Notes: generated from the sequence alone by a model not told the origin. 28,917 nt of DNA from an uncultured Nitrospiraceae bacterium (GCA_963730935.1 CAVSTP010000006.1:1-28917), one strand, 5' to 3'; shown: positions 9,454-19,830, counted from the first letter of the stretch. Translations and numbers: made by a program.

Positions 9454-10667
9454 AGTTCCCGATCTTCCTGGATAACCACTCCACGACGCCGATGGATCCT
9501 CGCGTGTTGGAGGCGATGCTCCCCTATTTTGTCGAGAAATTCGGCAATGCCGCCAGCCGCAACCATGCCTTTGGTTGGGAGGCTGAAGAGGCGGTTGAAA
9601 CGGCCCGGAAGCAGATTGCCCGCCTGATCAAGGCGGATCCGAAGGAAATCGTGTTCACGAGCGGGGCGACGGAATCCGACAACCTGGCGCTCAAGGGCGT
9701 CCTCGAGATGTACAAGGAGAAGGGTAATCACATCATTACCTCCGCCACGGAGCATCGGGCAGTGTTGGATACGGCTAAGGCACTCGAAGCCAAGGGGCTA
9801 GCCACGGTGACTTATCTCCCCGTCGACAAGCAGGGCATGGTCAATCCTCAGGACGTCCGCAATGCCATCACCGACAAGACCATCCTCATTTCCGTGATGT
9901 TGGCCAACAACGAAATCGGCACCATCAATCCAGTCCAGGAGATCGGCAAAATCGCCAAGGAAAAGGGCATCCTCTTTCATTGCGATGCCACGCAGGGTGT
10001 CGGAAAGATTCCGGTTGACGTCCAGGCCATGGGCATTGACCTGATGTCCTTCTCAGCCCACAAGATTTATGGTCCGAAAGGCATCGGTGCACTCTATGTC
10101 CGGAAAAAGAACCCGCGGGTGCGTATCGCCGCTCAAATCGATGGCGGTGGACATGAGCGGGGCATGCGTTCTGGTACGGTGCCGGTTCCCTTGATCGTCG
10201 GCTTCGGCAAGGCCTGTGAGCTTTGCGAACAGGAAATGCCGGCTGAGTCGGCCCGGTTGTCCAAGATGAGGGATCGCTTGCAAGCCGGCATCATGGCCGC
10301 GCTGGAAGAGAGCTATTTGAACGGCCATCCGACAAATCGGCTCCCGGGAAATTTGAATATTTCCTTCGCCTATGTGGAGGGTGAATCGCTCCTGATGGGC
10401 ATGAAGGAGATCGCATTGTCATCCGGATCTGCATGTACCTCCGCCACCCTCGAGCCTTCATATGTCCTTCGGGCTCTCGGCGTGGGAACTGAACTCGCGC
10501 ATTCGTCAATCCGCTTCGGTCTGGGCCGGTTCAATACGGAAGAGGAGATTGACTATACGATCAAGAAGGTTATCGAAATTGTGACGAAGTTGCGGGAGAT
10601 GTCCCCGCTGTATGAAATGGCCAAAGAAGGGGTCGATTTGAAATCGGTGCAGTGGGCCGCTCATTAG
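9450..10667 (+). CDS. iscS: Cysteine desulfurase IscS
   Basis: [20 protein letters not shown] (PLP Lys), SSGSACTS (catalytic Cys) and LREMSPL...W..H C-terminus. ATG 9450 overlaps the iscR stop (ATGA). Confidence 0.97.
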   Translation: MKFPIFLDNHSTTPMDPRVLEAMLPYFVEKFGNAASRNHAFGWEAEEAVETARKQIARLIKADPKEIVFTSGATESDNLALKGVLEMYKEKGNHIITSATEHRAVLDTAKALEAKGLATVTYLPVDKQGMVNPQDVRNAITDKTILISVMLANNEIGTINPVQEIGKIAKEKGILFHCDATQGVGKIPVDVQAMGIDLMSFSAHKIYGPKGIGALYVRKKNPRVRIAAQIDGGGHERGMRSGTVPVPLIVGFGKACELCEQEMPAESARLSKMRDRLQAGIMAALEESYLNGHPTNRLPGNLNISFAYVEGESLLMGMKEIALSSGSACTSATLEPSYVLRALGVGTELAHSSIRFGLGRFNTEEEIDYTIKKVIEIVTKLREMSPLYEMAKEGVDLKSVQWAAH

Positions 10668-10722
10668 AGGAAAGCAATTCCAGATTTCAGAGCTCAAATC
10701 TCAAATTCATTCGGAGGCTACC

Positions 10723-11106
10723 ATGGCGTACAGTGACAAAGTCGTCGATCATTTCAATAATCCCCGCAACATGGGGAGCTTTAAGAAAGAAGAGGAAGGC
10801 GTCGGCACCGGGATGGTCGGCGCGCCCGAGTGCGGCGACGTCATGAAATTGCAGATCAAGGTCCAGGACGATACGATCGTGGATGCGAAGTTCAAGACCT
10901 TCGGCTGCGGGTCCGCGATCGCCAGTTCGAGCCTGGCGACCGAGTGGTTGAAGGGTAAAACGCTCGAAGAGGCCCAAAAGATCAAGAACACCGACATTGT
11001 GCAGGAGTTGAACCTCCCGCCCGTGAAGATTCACTGTTCCGTACTGGCCGAGGATGCCATCAAGGCAGCCTTGGCCGACTATCAGAAGAAGGCCGAGAAC
11101 AAGTAA
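10723..11106 (+). CDS. iscU: Fe-S scaffold IscU
   Basis: MAYSDKVVDH, GAPECGD, FGCGSAIASS and LPPVKIHC motifs. Confidence 0.97.
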   Translation: MAYSDKVVDHFNNPRNMGSFKKEEEGVGTGMVGAPECGDVMKLQIKVQDDTIVDAKFKTFGCGSAIASSSLATEWLKGKTLEEAQKIKNTDIVQELNLPPVKIHCSVLAEDAIKAALADYQKKAENK

Positions 11107-11125
11107 CGGCAGGAAGGAGCGCCTC

Positions 11126-11482
11126 ATGGATAGCACCAATATTGAAACCCCGGCGCCGGTGATCAGCCTGACGGAGGCGGCGATCAAGGAAGTCAAACGC
11201 TTGATCAACGTCCAGGGCATCACGGAAGGCGGGCTCCGTCTCGGCGTCAAAGGAGGAGGCTGCTCGGGCCTAAGCTACACGATCAACTTCGACGAGAAGA
11301 TCGGTCAATACGATCAGGTCTATGAATTCGACGGCGTCAAGGTGATCGTTGACGCTAAGAGCGCAATCTATCTCCAAGGCACGCAGCTCGATTATCAGAA
11401 AGATCTCATGGGCGGAAATTTCAAGTTCGTCAATCCGAACGCCAACAAGACATGCGGCTGCGGAGAGTCGTTCTCCGCATAA
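11126..11482 (+). CDS. iscA: A-type Fe-S carrier IscA
   Basis: GGGCSGLSY and TCGCGESF motifs; AAGGAG RBS precedes ATG 11126. Confidence 0.93.
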   Translation: MDSTNIETPAPVISLTEAAIKEVKRLINVQGITEGGLRLGVKGGGCSGLSYTINFDEKIGQYDQVYEFDGVKVIVDAKSAIYLQGTQLDYQKDLMGGNFKFVNPNANKTCGCGESFSA

Positions 11483-11508
11483 CGCACGAGACCATAGCGC
11501 GGATTTTT

Positions 11509-11541
11509 AGACAGGCATGGCCAGACGCCATGCCTGTTTCG
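11509..11541 (+). terminator. Intergenic hairpin between iscA and hscB (terminator or mRNA-stability element)
   Basis: Perfect 11-bp stem ACAGGCATGGC/GCCATGCCTGT with a 5-nt loop and only a short T run after it. Confidence 0.55.
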
Positions 11542-11560
11542 TCAGAGGGGACAACGGACG

Positions 11561-12277
11561 ATGGATCATTCCCACACGCATAGCGCCGGGCGCCGGGAAT
11601 TGCAGATGGCCAGGAGCATGTGCTGGCACTGCCAATCCGAAGTGTCGGGGGAATACTTCTGTGAACGCTGCGTCAAGGTGCAACCCGTTTCGAAAGAGGC
11701 GGATTATTTTACGTGCCTCGGGTTTCCACGCCGGTTAACCATCGATCCCCAGAAGCTCGAAGCCAAATTTTATGAACTGAGCCGCGCCTTTCATCCGGAT
11801 TTCTATCAGAACAAGAGCGAGACCGAACAGGCGATCAGTCTCGGCAATGCGGCAACGCTGAACACAGCCTACCGGACACTTCGCGATCCGATCCAACGCG
11901 CGGAATATCTACTGGCTATCGAAGCTGGAGCCGTCAAGGAAATCAGGACGTCGCCTCCGGCGGACCTGTTCGAAGAAATTCTGGAGCTGCAGGAAACCCT
12001 CGAAGAGTACCGGGCGTCGGATCAGTCGTCGGAGGCCGGGCAGCAACTGCGCTCGAAACTGCAGGCGGAGCAGCACACCCTGGAAAAGCGAAAGCAGGAG
12101 ATGGAAAGGCAGCTCGAGCGACTCTTCGTCGAATGGGATGCGCTGCAAGATCGAGGTGAGGCCACGAGCCAAACCCGCGCCGACCGAGACCGCCTGCTGA
12201 AGCAGATGCGTGAGATCCTTTCGAACCGCACCTACGTCAAGAACATCGTCAACGACCTCGTCGTAACAATCGGATAA
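11561..12277 (+). CDS. hscB: Co-chaperone HscB with N-terminal tetra-cysteine domain
   Basis: J-domain HPD motif, LNTAYRTLRDPIQRAEYLL, N-terminal CWHC-x9-CERC; position in the isc operon. Confidence 0.93.
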   Translation: MDHSHTHSAGRRELQMARSMCWHCQSEVSGEYFCERCVKVQPVSKEADYFTCLGFPRRLTIDPQKLEAKFYELSRAFHPDFYQNKSETEQAISLGNAATLNTAYRTLRDPIQRAEYLLAIEAGAVKEIRTSPPADLFEEILELQETLEEYRASDQSSEAGQQLRSKLQAEQHTLEKRKQEMERQLERLFVEWDALQDRGEATSQTRADRDRLLKQMREILSNRTYVKNIVNDLVVTIG

Positions 12278-12279
12278 TC

Positions 12280-14106
12280 ATGCCTCGAATTGTCGGAATT
12301 GATCTCGGAACCACGAATTCGCTCGTGGCCTACATGAAGGACGGTGTGCCCACGGTCATTCCCGGCCGTGGCGGACGGACCATGGTGCCTTCGGTCGTAG
12401 CCATGACGGACAACGGCTTGATTGTGGGAGATGCAGCAAAGGAGCATCTCACACGGAATCCTGCTCGTACCGTCTATTCCGTGAAACGGTTTATGGGCAA
12501 AGGGCTGGCAGACGTACAGAGCGAACTGGCCTACTTCCCCTATTCGCTGACCGAACAGGGCGGCGTCATCCGGATCAAGCTGGGCGACAAATCCTATTCG
12601 CCCCCGCAGATTTCCGCGATGATCTTAAAAGAGCTCAAGCTGCGGGCGGAAGCGCATCTCGGTGAGAGCATCTCCAAAGCCGTCATCACCGTCCCGGCCT
12701 ACTTCAACGACAGCCAACGGCAGGCGACCAAGGATGCGGGGATGATTGCCGGACTCGAAGTCATGAGAATCATCAACGAACCGACCGCGGCATCACTCGC
12801 CTATGGGCTCCAGGAGAAAACGAAAGGAACGATCGCCGTGTATGATCTCGGAGGCGGCACTTTCGATATCTCCATTCTGAAGCTGAAAGACGGAATTTTT
12901 GAAGTGCTGGCCACCAACGGTGACACCCACTTGGGCGGCGACGACATCGACCGCCGCGTCGCCGACCTCTTTGTGAACGAAATCCGCAGCGCATTCGGCA
13001 TTGATCTGATGGCCTATCCGGACCATATGCAGACTGTCCGGCTGGAGGCAGAACGCGCGAAGATCCAGCTGTCCGATAACCAGAAAACCCAGGTCGCGAT
13101 CGACCTGCCGGAAGGAAAAGGACGGTTCACGCGAGAATTGACCCGAGATCAGCTAGAAGCGTCGACGACGGATATTGTTGAACGAACGCTGGCGCCCTGT
13201 CGGCTGGCGTTGAAAGACGCCGGGCTCACGCCGGAGGGCATCGACGAAGTGGTGCTTGTGGGCGGATCAACGCGCATGCCGCTGGTGCGTCAGCGTGTGG
13301 AGGCTCTCTTCGGGAAGCAGCCGCAGTGCCAATTAAATCCGGACGAAGTTGTCGCGCTCGGCGCGGCCGTTCAAGCGGACATTCTCACCGGCGGCACGAC
13401 CGACATGCTTCTGTTGGACGTCACACCGCTGTCGCTTGGCATCGAAACGATGGGCGGCGTCATGAGCAGTCTCATCCGACGGAATACGACCATTCCGGCC
13501 AGCGCGAAAGAGATGTTCACGACCTACGTCGACGGACAGACCGGCGTCGACATTCACATTCTGCAGGGCGAGCGCGAGCTAGTGAAGGACAACCGCAGCC
13601 TTGCGCAATTTCGCCTGAAGGTTCCGCCGCTGCCGGCCGGCGTACCTCGTATCGAGGTGACCTTTTTAATCGATGCGAACGGGATTTTGAACGTCAAGGC
13701 CAGCGACATGCGGACGGGCCAGAGCCAGTCCATCGAAGTCAAACCGTCCTACGGTCTGTCGGACAATGAAGTCGAACGCATGATCGAGGACTCGTTCAAA
13801 TTCGCCCAGGAAGATGTGGGCGCCCGCAAGCTGATCGAAGCGCGTCTGGACGCCCGCGCGTTGATCACGACGACCGAGAAGTCGCTGGCTGAAGGCGGCA
13901 AGCTCATCGCCGAGAAGGATGCCGCGGCCGTACGGGATGCCCTCGTGTCGTTGAAGGCCGCCAAGGAAGGGAACGATCCAAAGGCCATCCGCGCTCGGAT
14001 GGCCGACCTCGAACAATCGGCAGAACCGTTGTCTGTCGCGATGCTGGATGATTCGCTCAAACGCGGACTGCACGGGAAGAAAGTCTCAGAGGTCACCAAA
14101 CCGTAA
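12280..14106 (+). CDS. hscA: Fe-S assembly Hsp70 chaperone HscA
   Basis: GIDLGTTNSLVA, TVPAYFND, VYDLGGGTFDISIL, PLSLGIETMGG and VKPSYGL (HscA-type) motifs; lies between hscB and iscX. Confidence 0.93.
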   Translation: MPRIVGIDLGTTNSLVAYMKDGVPTVIPGRGGRTMVPSVVAMTDNGLIVGDAAKEHLTRNPARTVYSVKRFMGKGLADVQSELAYFPYSLTEQGGVIRIKLGDKSYSPPQISAMILKELKLRAEAHLGESISKAVITVPAYFNDSQRQATKDAGMIAGLEVMRIINEPTAASLAYGLQEKTKGTIAVYDLGGGTFDISILKLKDGIFEVLATNGDTHLGGDDIDRRVADLFVNEIRSAFGIDLMAYPDHMQTVRLEAERAKIQLSDNQKTQVAIDLPEGKGRFTRELTRDQLEASTTDIVERTLAPCRLALKDAGLTPEGIDEVVLVGGSTRMPLVRQRVEALFGKQPQCQLNPDEVVALGAAVQADILTGGTTDMLLLDVTPLSLGIETMGGVMSSLIRRNTTIPASAKEMFTTYVDGQTGVDIHILQGERELVKDNRSLAQFRLKVPPLPAGVPRIEVTFLIDANGILNVKASDMRTGQSQSIEVKPSYGLSDNEVERMIEDSFKFAQEDVGARKLIEARLDARALITTTEKSLAEGGKLIAEKDAAAVRDALVSLKAAKEGNDPKAIRARMADLEQSAEPLSVAMLDDSLKRGLHGKKVSEVTKP

Positions 14107-14139
14107 GGCGAGCCCCCGACCGCCGGTAGGAGAGTTCAC

Positions 14140-14352
14140 ATGGATCTGAAGTGGCAGGATTCGGAAGACATCGCGATCCGGCTCGTGGAAGAACATCCGG
14201 AGACCGATCCGTTGACCGTGCGCTTTACAGACATGCATGCTTGGGTTGTGGCCCTGCCGGACTTCAAAGATGACCCCAGGAAGTCGAACGAAAAGATCCT
14301 GGAAACTATTCAGATGGCCTGGCACGAAGAGTACCAGGACTCGAAATCCTAA
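14140..14352 (+). CDS. iscX: Fe-S assembly protein IscX
   Basis: LKW.DSEDIAI.L.E.HP..DP..VRFTDMH.WV..LPDF.DDP..SNEKILE.IQMAW signature. Confidence 0.95.
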   Translation: MDLKWQDSEDIAIRLVEEHPETDPLTVRFTDMHAWVVALPDFKDDPRKSNEKILETIQMAWHEEYQDSKS

Positions 14353-14375
14353 CCCTTCCGGGTTTCGGCGTTGGT

Positions 14376-16760
14376 TTATTCCGGCTGATCGATTTTATAG
14401 AAATCCATCGGATCCAGGCGGCGCTGTGCCGCCTGCGTCGGCTCGCTCCCCCGCGCAAAGATCTCGACACTTCCAGGCTGGTCTTCCTGTTCAGAGTTTA
14501 AGAGGCCGGTGGCAGGGTCGACTTTGACGAACGTAATCCCCTCGGGAATGGTAAACGGCACGACGGGCAACGATTTCAGCGCTTCCTTCATGAAGCTGAT
14601 CCAGATGGGCAGTGCCGCATGCGCTCCCGATTCCGTTTCACCGAGCGAGCGGCGGTCGTCGAAGCCTACAAATGTTCCCACCACGAGATTCGGCGTCCCG
14701 CCGATGAACCAGGCGTTGATGAACTCGTTCGTCGTACCGGTCTTGCCTGCGATGGGACGACCAAGCGCCTTCGCCGCCTGACCGGTGCCTTTCTGCACCA
14801 CATCTTCCATCATGTTCGTGATCAGATACGCCGTTTCTTTCGACACGACTTCCTCGGCTTGCGGTTCCTGCTTTTCAAGCACCTGTCCGCCGTTGTCCGT
14901 CACCGACAGGACTGCAAACGGCTCGGCCCGGCTGCCTTGATTCAAAAAGACACCATAGGCCGAGGTCAGTTCCATGAGTCCCACGGACGACGACCCCAAT
15001 CCCAAGGAGAGATCAGGAGCCAGGGGACTGGTAATTCCCACCTGGCGGGAAAAATCAATGACGTTCTTGATCCCGACCTTGTCAAGCAGTCTGACCGTCG
15101 CCAGATTGTGAGAATGGGCCAATGCATCCCGCAGGCTGACCATCCCGTGAAATCTCTTTCCATAGTTCTCCGGCTTCCACGTTTTTTCCTCTTCCACCTG
15201 CTCATAGACAACCGGCGCATCGAGCACCACTGAGGCGGGACTCATACCTTGATTGACGGCGGTCGCATAGATGATCGGCTTGAAGGCCGATCCAGGCTGC
15301 CGATGGGCTTGGACTGCCCGGTTGTACTCGCTGCGGTTGAAGTCATAGCCTCCAACCATCGCCAGGATCGCTCCTTGAGCCGGCTCAATGGCAATCAATC
15401 CGCCCTCCACCAGCGGGGTCTGCTCCATTAGGACGGACACCTGCTCTTTCTCCATCTTCTTCACCCTCACTTCAATCACGTCCCCCGGCTTGAGGACCTG
15501 CTTGGGATTGGCGGTCACCACGACATCCTTCACGAGGTCCTGACCCGTCAGGCGCCGCTTGGCCCAAGCCATGTCATCGAACGAGAGTTTGCCGGTGACA
15601 TTGCCGATTTGGACCCAAAAGAGATCTTTGCCGACCTTGGTCACGACCGCTTCCCGTTCATCGCCGACGGCGAGCGGCTGATCGGTCGTCGCGACCGGCG
15701 CGTTCCCTGCGGCTAGCGACGCGGGATCGACGCTGCGCAGCGGTCCGCGCCATCCCTGACGCTTGTCGAGTTCGCGCAAGCCGGTCTTGAAGGCGGCTTC
15801 CGCTGCCCGCTGCATATCCAGATTGAGCGTGGTTTTGATCTGAAGACCGCCTTTATAGACCATGGTCTCGCCGTACTTTGCGATCAGCATCTGCCGCACG
15901 TATTCCACAAAGTAGGGAGCGGTCTGTTCACTGCCTGGCCGCCGGAAGCTGAGCGGCTCTGCCATGGCTTCGTCGTGTTGCTGCGGCGTGATGAACCCTG
16001 CTTCCGCCATTCGATCCAACACATGTTCCTGCCGCTTTTTGGCACGGGCGTAATTCTTGAAGGGCGAAAAATGGTTCGGAGATTTCGGCAGTCCCGCGAG
16101 AAAGGCGGCCTCGGCGACGGTCAACGCCGAGAGGTCCTTGCCGAAATACGACTGTGCTGCGGCTGCTACTCCATAGGCACCCTGGCCGAAATAGATCTGA
16201 TTGAGATAGGTCTCGAGGATCTGTTCCTTGCTCGAGACCAGCTCCATCTTGTACGCCAGCACCAACTCGCGCACTTTTCTATCGAACGTCCGCTCCGAGG
16301 ACAAGAATAACGATCGGGCCAGCTGCTGGGTAATGGTGCTCGCTCCCTCGACCTTGCCGCCTCGACGGAGGTTCGTCCAGGCTGCGCGCAGAATGCCGAT
16401 ATAGTCGAGGCCCGGATGCTCGAAGAACCGCACGTCTTCCACTGCAATCACGGCTCGGCGCAGGTGTTCCGGAATCTGCGGAAGTGGAGTCAAAATCCGC
16501 CGTTCGATGAAAAATTGCCCAATGAGATGCTTATCGCTGGAATACACTTGTGTGACCAGACTCGGCTGGTAGTTCTGGAGCTGGCCGAGATCAGGGAGGT
16601 CTTGCGCGTAGTACCACAGCATGCCGCCGGCGCTGAGGATGCCGCCCAACACAAGGGCTGCCGCCACAATCAACGTGATTTGCCACCTTCGCCACGGCCG
16701 CCGGGGCGGCGGCTGACGAGGAGTATCGGAGAGCTGAATTGGCCGATCAATCAATGTCAT
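14376..16760 (-). CDS. mrcA: Class A penicillin-binding protein 1A
   Basis: N-terminal TM helix; transglycosylase motifs EDVRFFEH, GASTITQQLA and RKVRE; transpeptidase motifs SAFK, SHN and KTGT; OB-type insert. Confidence 0.93.
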   Translation of the reverse strand: MTLIDRPIQLSDTPRQPPPRRPWRRWQITLIVAAALVLGGILSAGGMLWYYAQDLPDLGQLQNYQPSLVTQVYSSDKHLIGQFFIERRILTPLPQIPEHLRRAVIAVEDVRFFEHPGLDYIGILRAAWTNLRRGGKVEGASTITQQLARSLFLSSERTFDRKVRELVLAYKMELVSSKEQILETYLNQIYFGQGAYGVAAAAQSYFGKDLSALTVAEAAFLAGLPKSPNHFSPFKNYARAKKRQEHVLDRMAEAGFITPQQHDEAMAEPLSFRRPGSEQTAPYFVEYVRQMLIAKYGETMVYKGGLQIKTTLNLDMQRAAEAAFKTGLRELDKRQGWRGPLRSVDPASLAAGNAPVATTDQPLAVGDEREAVVTKVGKDLFWVQIGNVTGKLSFDDMAWAKRRLTGQDLVKDVVVTANPKQVLKPGDVIEVRVKKMEKEQVSVLMEQTPLVEGGLIAIEPAQGAILAMVGGYDFNRSEYNRAVQAHRQPGSAFKPIIYATAVNQGMSPASVVLDAPVVYEQVEEEKTWKPENYGKRFHGMVSLRDALAHSHNLATVRLLDKVGIKNVIDFSRQVGITSPLAPDLSLGLGSSSVGLMELTSAYGVFLNQGSRAEPFAVLSVTDNGGQVLEKQEPQAEEVVSKETAYLITNMMEDVVQKGTGQAAKALGRPIAGKTGTTNEFINAWFIGGTPNLVVGTFVGFDDRRSLGETESGAHAALPIWISFMKEALKSLPVVPFTIPEGITFVKVDPATGLLNSEQEDQPGSVEIFARGSEPTQAAQRRLDPMDFYKIDQPE

Positions 16761-16866
16761 GGGAATGGTCAGGGAGGTCCGTCATCACGATACCGTGGAG
16801 CCTGTGAAAACACAAGCAACTTACTGACTTGTCGGCCCGGAGACGCTTCGGGTATACTACCTCTTC

Positions 16867-16896
16867 GACGCCCGACAGTCCGGGCGTCTTTTTTTT
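16867..16896 (+). terminator. Intrinsic-terminator-like hairpin in the typA leader
   Basis: GACGCCCG-acagtc-CGGGCGTC followed by T8, 21 nt upstream of the typA ATG. Confidence 0.6.
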
Positions 16897-16917
16897 CGGT
16901 GAAGGATACGAGAAGCC

Positions 16918-18774
16918 ATGACTCAATTGCGCGCCCCCAACGACCGCCGAAACGATATTCGCAACATCGCCATCATCGCCCACGTCGACCATGGCAAAAC
17001 TACGCTCGTGGATGCGCTGTTACGTCAGACACACGTGCATCGCAAGATCGACGACATGGGCGAACGCATCATGGACTCCATGGATCAGGAACGCGAACGG
17101 GGTATCACCATCCGTGCCAAGAACGCGAGTGTGACGTATCAAGGAGTGAAGATTAACATCGTCGATACGCCCGGTCACGCCGACTTCGGCGGCGAGGTCG
17201 AGCGTACGCTCCGCATGGTGGATGGGGTGCTTATTTTGATTGACGCCAAGGAAGGTCCGATGCCCCAAACCACTTTCGTGCTCCGGAAGGCACTGGCCCT
17301 CGGCCATAAGGCTATTGTGGTCATCAATAAAATCGACCGTCCTGACGCTGTCATCGATGACGTGGTGAACCGCACGTTCGATTTGTTTGTGCATCTGGGA
17401 GCGACGGACGAGCAGCTCGATTTTCCCATCGTCTACACGTCGGCGATCAAAGGCATCGCCACGTTGGACGTAAACAAGCCCGGCACAGACATCATCCCGC
17501 TGTTGGATACCGTCCTGGCGCAGATCCCGGCTCCGGCCATCAACGCCAACGCACCGCTCCAAATTCTTGTGCTGGCCCTTCTCTATGACTCGTACAAGGG
17601 GAAAATGGGCGTCGGGAAGATTCAGTCGGGCTCGATCGCCCGTCGACAGAGCGTGCTCATTCTCGGGAAGAACGGCGCCCAGTTCTCCGGGAAAGTCTCG
17701 GATCTCGCCGTCTATTCAGGTCTTGAACGGATCGACGTTGAGCAGGCTGAAGCAGGCGAAATCGTTGCCGTCGCCGGACTGGACCAGGTCAGCATCGGAG
17801 ACACCATCGCCGACGCGGAGCAGCCATTGGCCCTCCCTCGCGTGACCATCGATGAGCCGACCGTCCAGATGACATTTTCCGTGAACAACAGTCCCTTCGC
17901 AGGCCGTGAAGGCCGGTTCTTGACATCCCGGCACCTGCGCGAGCGGCTGTTCAAAGAGCTCGAAACGAACGTCTCGCTGCGGGTGCAGGAGACGGACAGT
18001 CCGGACCGGTTCCTGGTCGCCGGCCGTGGAGAGCTGCACCTTGGCGTGTTGATCGAGCAGATGCGACGCGAAGGCTACGAACTTCAGGTATCGCAACCCG
18101 AGGTCATTCTGCATCGCGACGGCGGGAGGGTCACTGAGCCCTATGAGGAGCTGACCATTCAGGTGCCGGAAACCTACCAGGGAGTGGTGATCGAGGAGAT
18201 CGGCAAGCGTCGTGGGGAAATGCGCCACATGAAACTCGTGCATTCGGATGCCGGTCCAAGTGAAATGCATCTCGAGTATCACATTCCAACCCGCGGCATC
18301 ATAGGCCTCAAAAACGTGCTGCTCGCCAAAACCCGTGGCACGGTCATCATGCACCATGTGTTTAAGGCGTATGAGGCCGCCAACGAACAGGATCTCCTGG
18401 TTGCACCGCACGGTTCGTTATGTGCGTTCGAAGACGGCACGAGCACGGGGTACGCGCTCTTCATGACGCAGGAGCGCGGCGTCATGTTCATCGGGCCGGG
18501 GGTGGAAGTTTACCGGGGCATGGTGGTCGGTGAAAACAGCCGCGACGAAGATCTCGACGTGAACGTCTGCAAGGAAAAACATCTCACCAACATGCGCGCC
18601 TCAGGGTCTGATGAAGCCCTGATCCTGACTCCGCCGCAGGAGATGTCCCTGGAATTTGCTCTGGAATATATCGGGCCGGATGAGTTGGTCGAGGTCACAC
18701 CAAGTAGTTTGCGTATTCGAAAGCGCCTTCTCCATCCTGAAGATCGGCGCAAAGCCAGGAAAGCGGCCAAGTAA
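16918..18774 (+). CDS. typA: Translational GTPase TypA/BipA
   Basis: [53 protein letters not shown] and ELVEVTP motifs. Confidence 0.97.
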   Translation: MTQLRAPNDRRNDIRNIAIIAHVDHGKTTLVDALLRQTHVHRKIDDMGERIMDSMDQERERGITIRAKNASVTYQGVKINIVDTPGHADFGGEVERTLRMVDGVLILIDAKEGPMPQTTFVLRKALALGHKAIVVINKIDRPDAVIDDVVNRTFDLFVHLGATDEQLDFPIVYTSAIKGIATLDVNKPGTDIIPLLDTVLAQIPAPAINANAPLQILVLALLYDSYKGKMGVGKIQSGSIARRQSVLILGKNGAQFSGKVSDLAVYSGLERIDVEQAEAGEIVAVAGLDQVSIGDTIADAEQPLALPRVTIDEPTVQMTFSVNNSPFAGREGRFLTSRHLRERLFKELETNVSLRVQETDSPDRFLVAGRGELHLGVLIEQMRREGYELQVSQPEVILHRDGGRVTEPYEELTIQVPETYQGVVIEEIGKRRGEMRHMKLVHSDAGPSEMHLEYHIPTRGIIGLKNVLLAKTRGTVIMHHVFKAYEAANEQDLLVAPHGSLCAFEDGTSTGYALFMTQERGVMFIGPGVEVYRGMVVGENSRDEDLDVNVCKEKHLTNMRASGSDEALILTPPQEMSLEFALEYIGPDELVEVTPSSLRIRKRLLHPEDRRKARKAAK

Positions 18775-18805
18775 GCGAAGCGGCAAGGGCCCCTCTGTCC
18801 TCTTC

Positions 18806-19561
18806 ATGCGCATCAAGAAGAAAGCACCCAAACCCTCGGCCAAGCGCCCGCCCTTGTACTTTCTCGGCTATCGCGGCACTCGCCCAATGTCGGAAGAGCT
18901 GGCCCTGTGGTATGACCAGGCGTACGGCGGGCCGTTGAGAATCGTTCACGAGGATCGGACGCCCGACTCCTGGCAGGTGACTCACGGCCCCTGGAGCGCC
19001 CACATCGTTATCCCGCTTCCCTCAACCCACACCGCCGGCCTGGTGGATCAGTTGGCCTGGGAGCATGACAAGGTGGGAGCCATCGCTCCAGCGGTCATGC
19101 CGCCGCGCGAGATGCCGGACACACTGCTCCTCGCAGCGCGCCTCGCCCGCGGTTTGACGTTGCTGACGCAGGGAACGGCCTACGACATCGCCACGCAGCA
19201 GTATCTCAATCCATCGGACTGGCAGGACCGCGGCCTTGAAGCCTTTTCAGCCGAGGACCATGTGGTAATCGCGCAGGACGATCAAGCCAAGCCTGATGTC
19301 GTCTGGTGCTACAGCCTCGGCCTCTCCAAGTTCGGCCTCGACGAACTGGAGACATTCTTGCCCCGGGGCACGTCTGACCGAGCGGCCAGGGAATTACTTG
19401 TCCAGTCAGTCCGCGAAATAATCCGAATCGGTCAATCCCCCAAGGTTGGCGCATCTGTCGACCTCCCTCTACTGAGCCGAAGAATCACGATCGCGAATCA
19501 CCGGACGGCGGCTCCCGGAGGACGCATGCTCGGATTCCGGGAATTCCAGGCCTCACTCTGA
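18806..19561 (+). CDS. Hypothetical protein with DUF4261-like C-terminal region
   Basis: 251-aa ORF 31 bp after typA. WCYSLGLSKFGLDELE resembles the 'T.G...FGL.DLE' motif of DUF4261-type proteins (recognised by eye only). Confidence 0.65.
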   Translation: MRIKKKAPKPSAKRPPLYFLGYRGTRPMSEELALWYDQAYGGPLRIVHEDRTPDSWQVTHGPWSAHIVIPLPSTHTAGLVDQLAWEHDKVGAIAPAVMPPREMPDTLLLAARLARGLTLLTQGTAYDIATQQYLNPSDWQDRGLEAFSAEDHVVIAQDDQAKPDVVWCYSLGLSKFGLDELETFLPRGTSDRAARELLVQSVREIIRIGQSPKVGASVDLPLLSRRITIANHRTAAPGGRMLGFREFQASL

Positions 19562-19569
19562 ATCTTAGT

Positions 19570-19830
19570 TCAATCCACAAATCGGGCATTGGCCGAGCGA
19601 TTGTCGTCCAACACCAGCACGCCAGCACGCAGGAATTTCTCAGAAGCCTGTTCGTACGACTGCTGCTCGGCAGCGGCGAGGCCCGCATAGTCATAGAGCA
19701 GCGGGTCATCCTTCAGCCTCCGTTCGGCGATCGTCAATTCGGTTGAGGCCTCCCGATAGCGACCTTGCTGGTACTGTAATCTCAGAGAAGTGAGGCCTAG
19801 ATAGTAGCCACTCGTCCAAAGAGGGAATGA
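19570..19830 (-). pseudogene. Start-less remnant of a TPR-repeat protein
   Basis: An 86-codon stop-free frame reads GYYLGLTSLRLQYQQGRYREASTELTIAERRLKDDPLLYDYAGLAAAEQQSYEQASEKFLRAG, i.e. two TPR-like units. It is bounded upstream by TAA with no in-frame start before the repeats. Confidence 0.6.

Noticed and set aside
10675..10712. Short AAATYTC-like repeats between iscS and iscU
   Set aside because: Too short and degenerate to support a functional call.
12280..14106. Calling the Hsp70 gene dnaK
   Set aside because: Position between hscB and iscX and HscA-type motifs (TTNSLVA, ETMGG, VKPSYGL) favour hscA.
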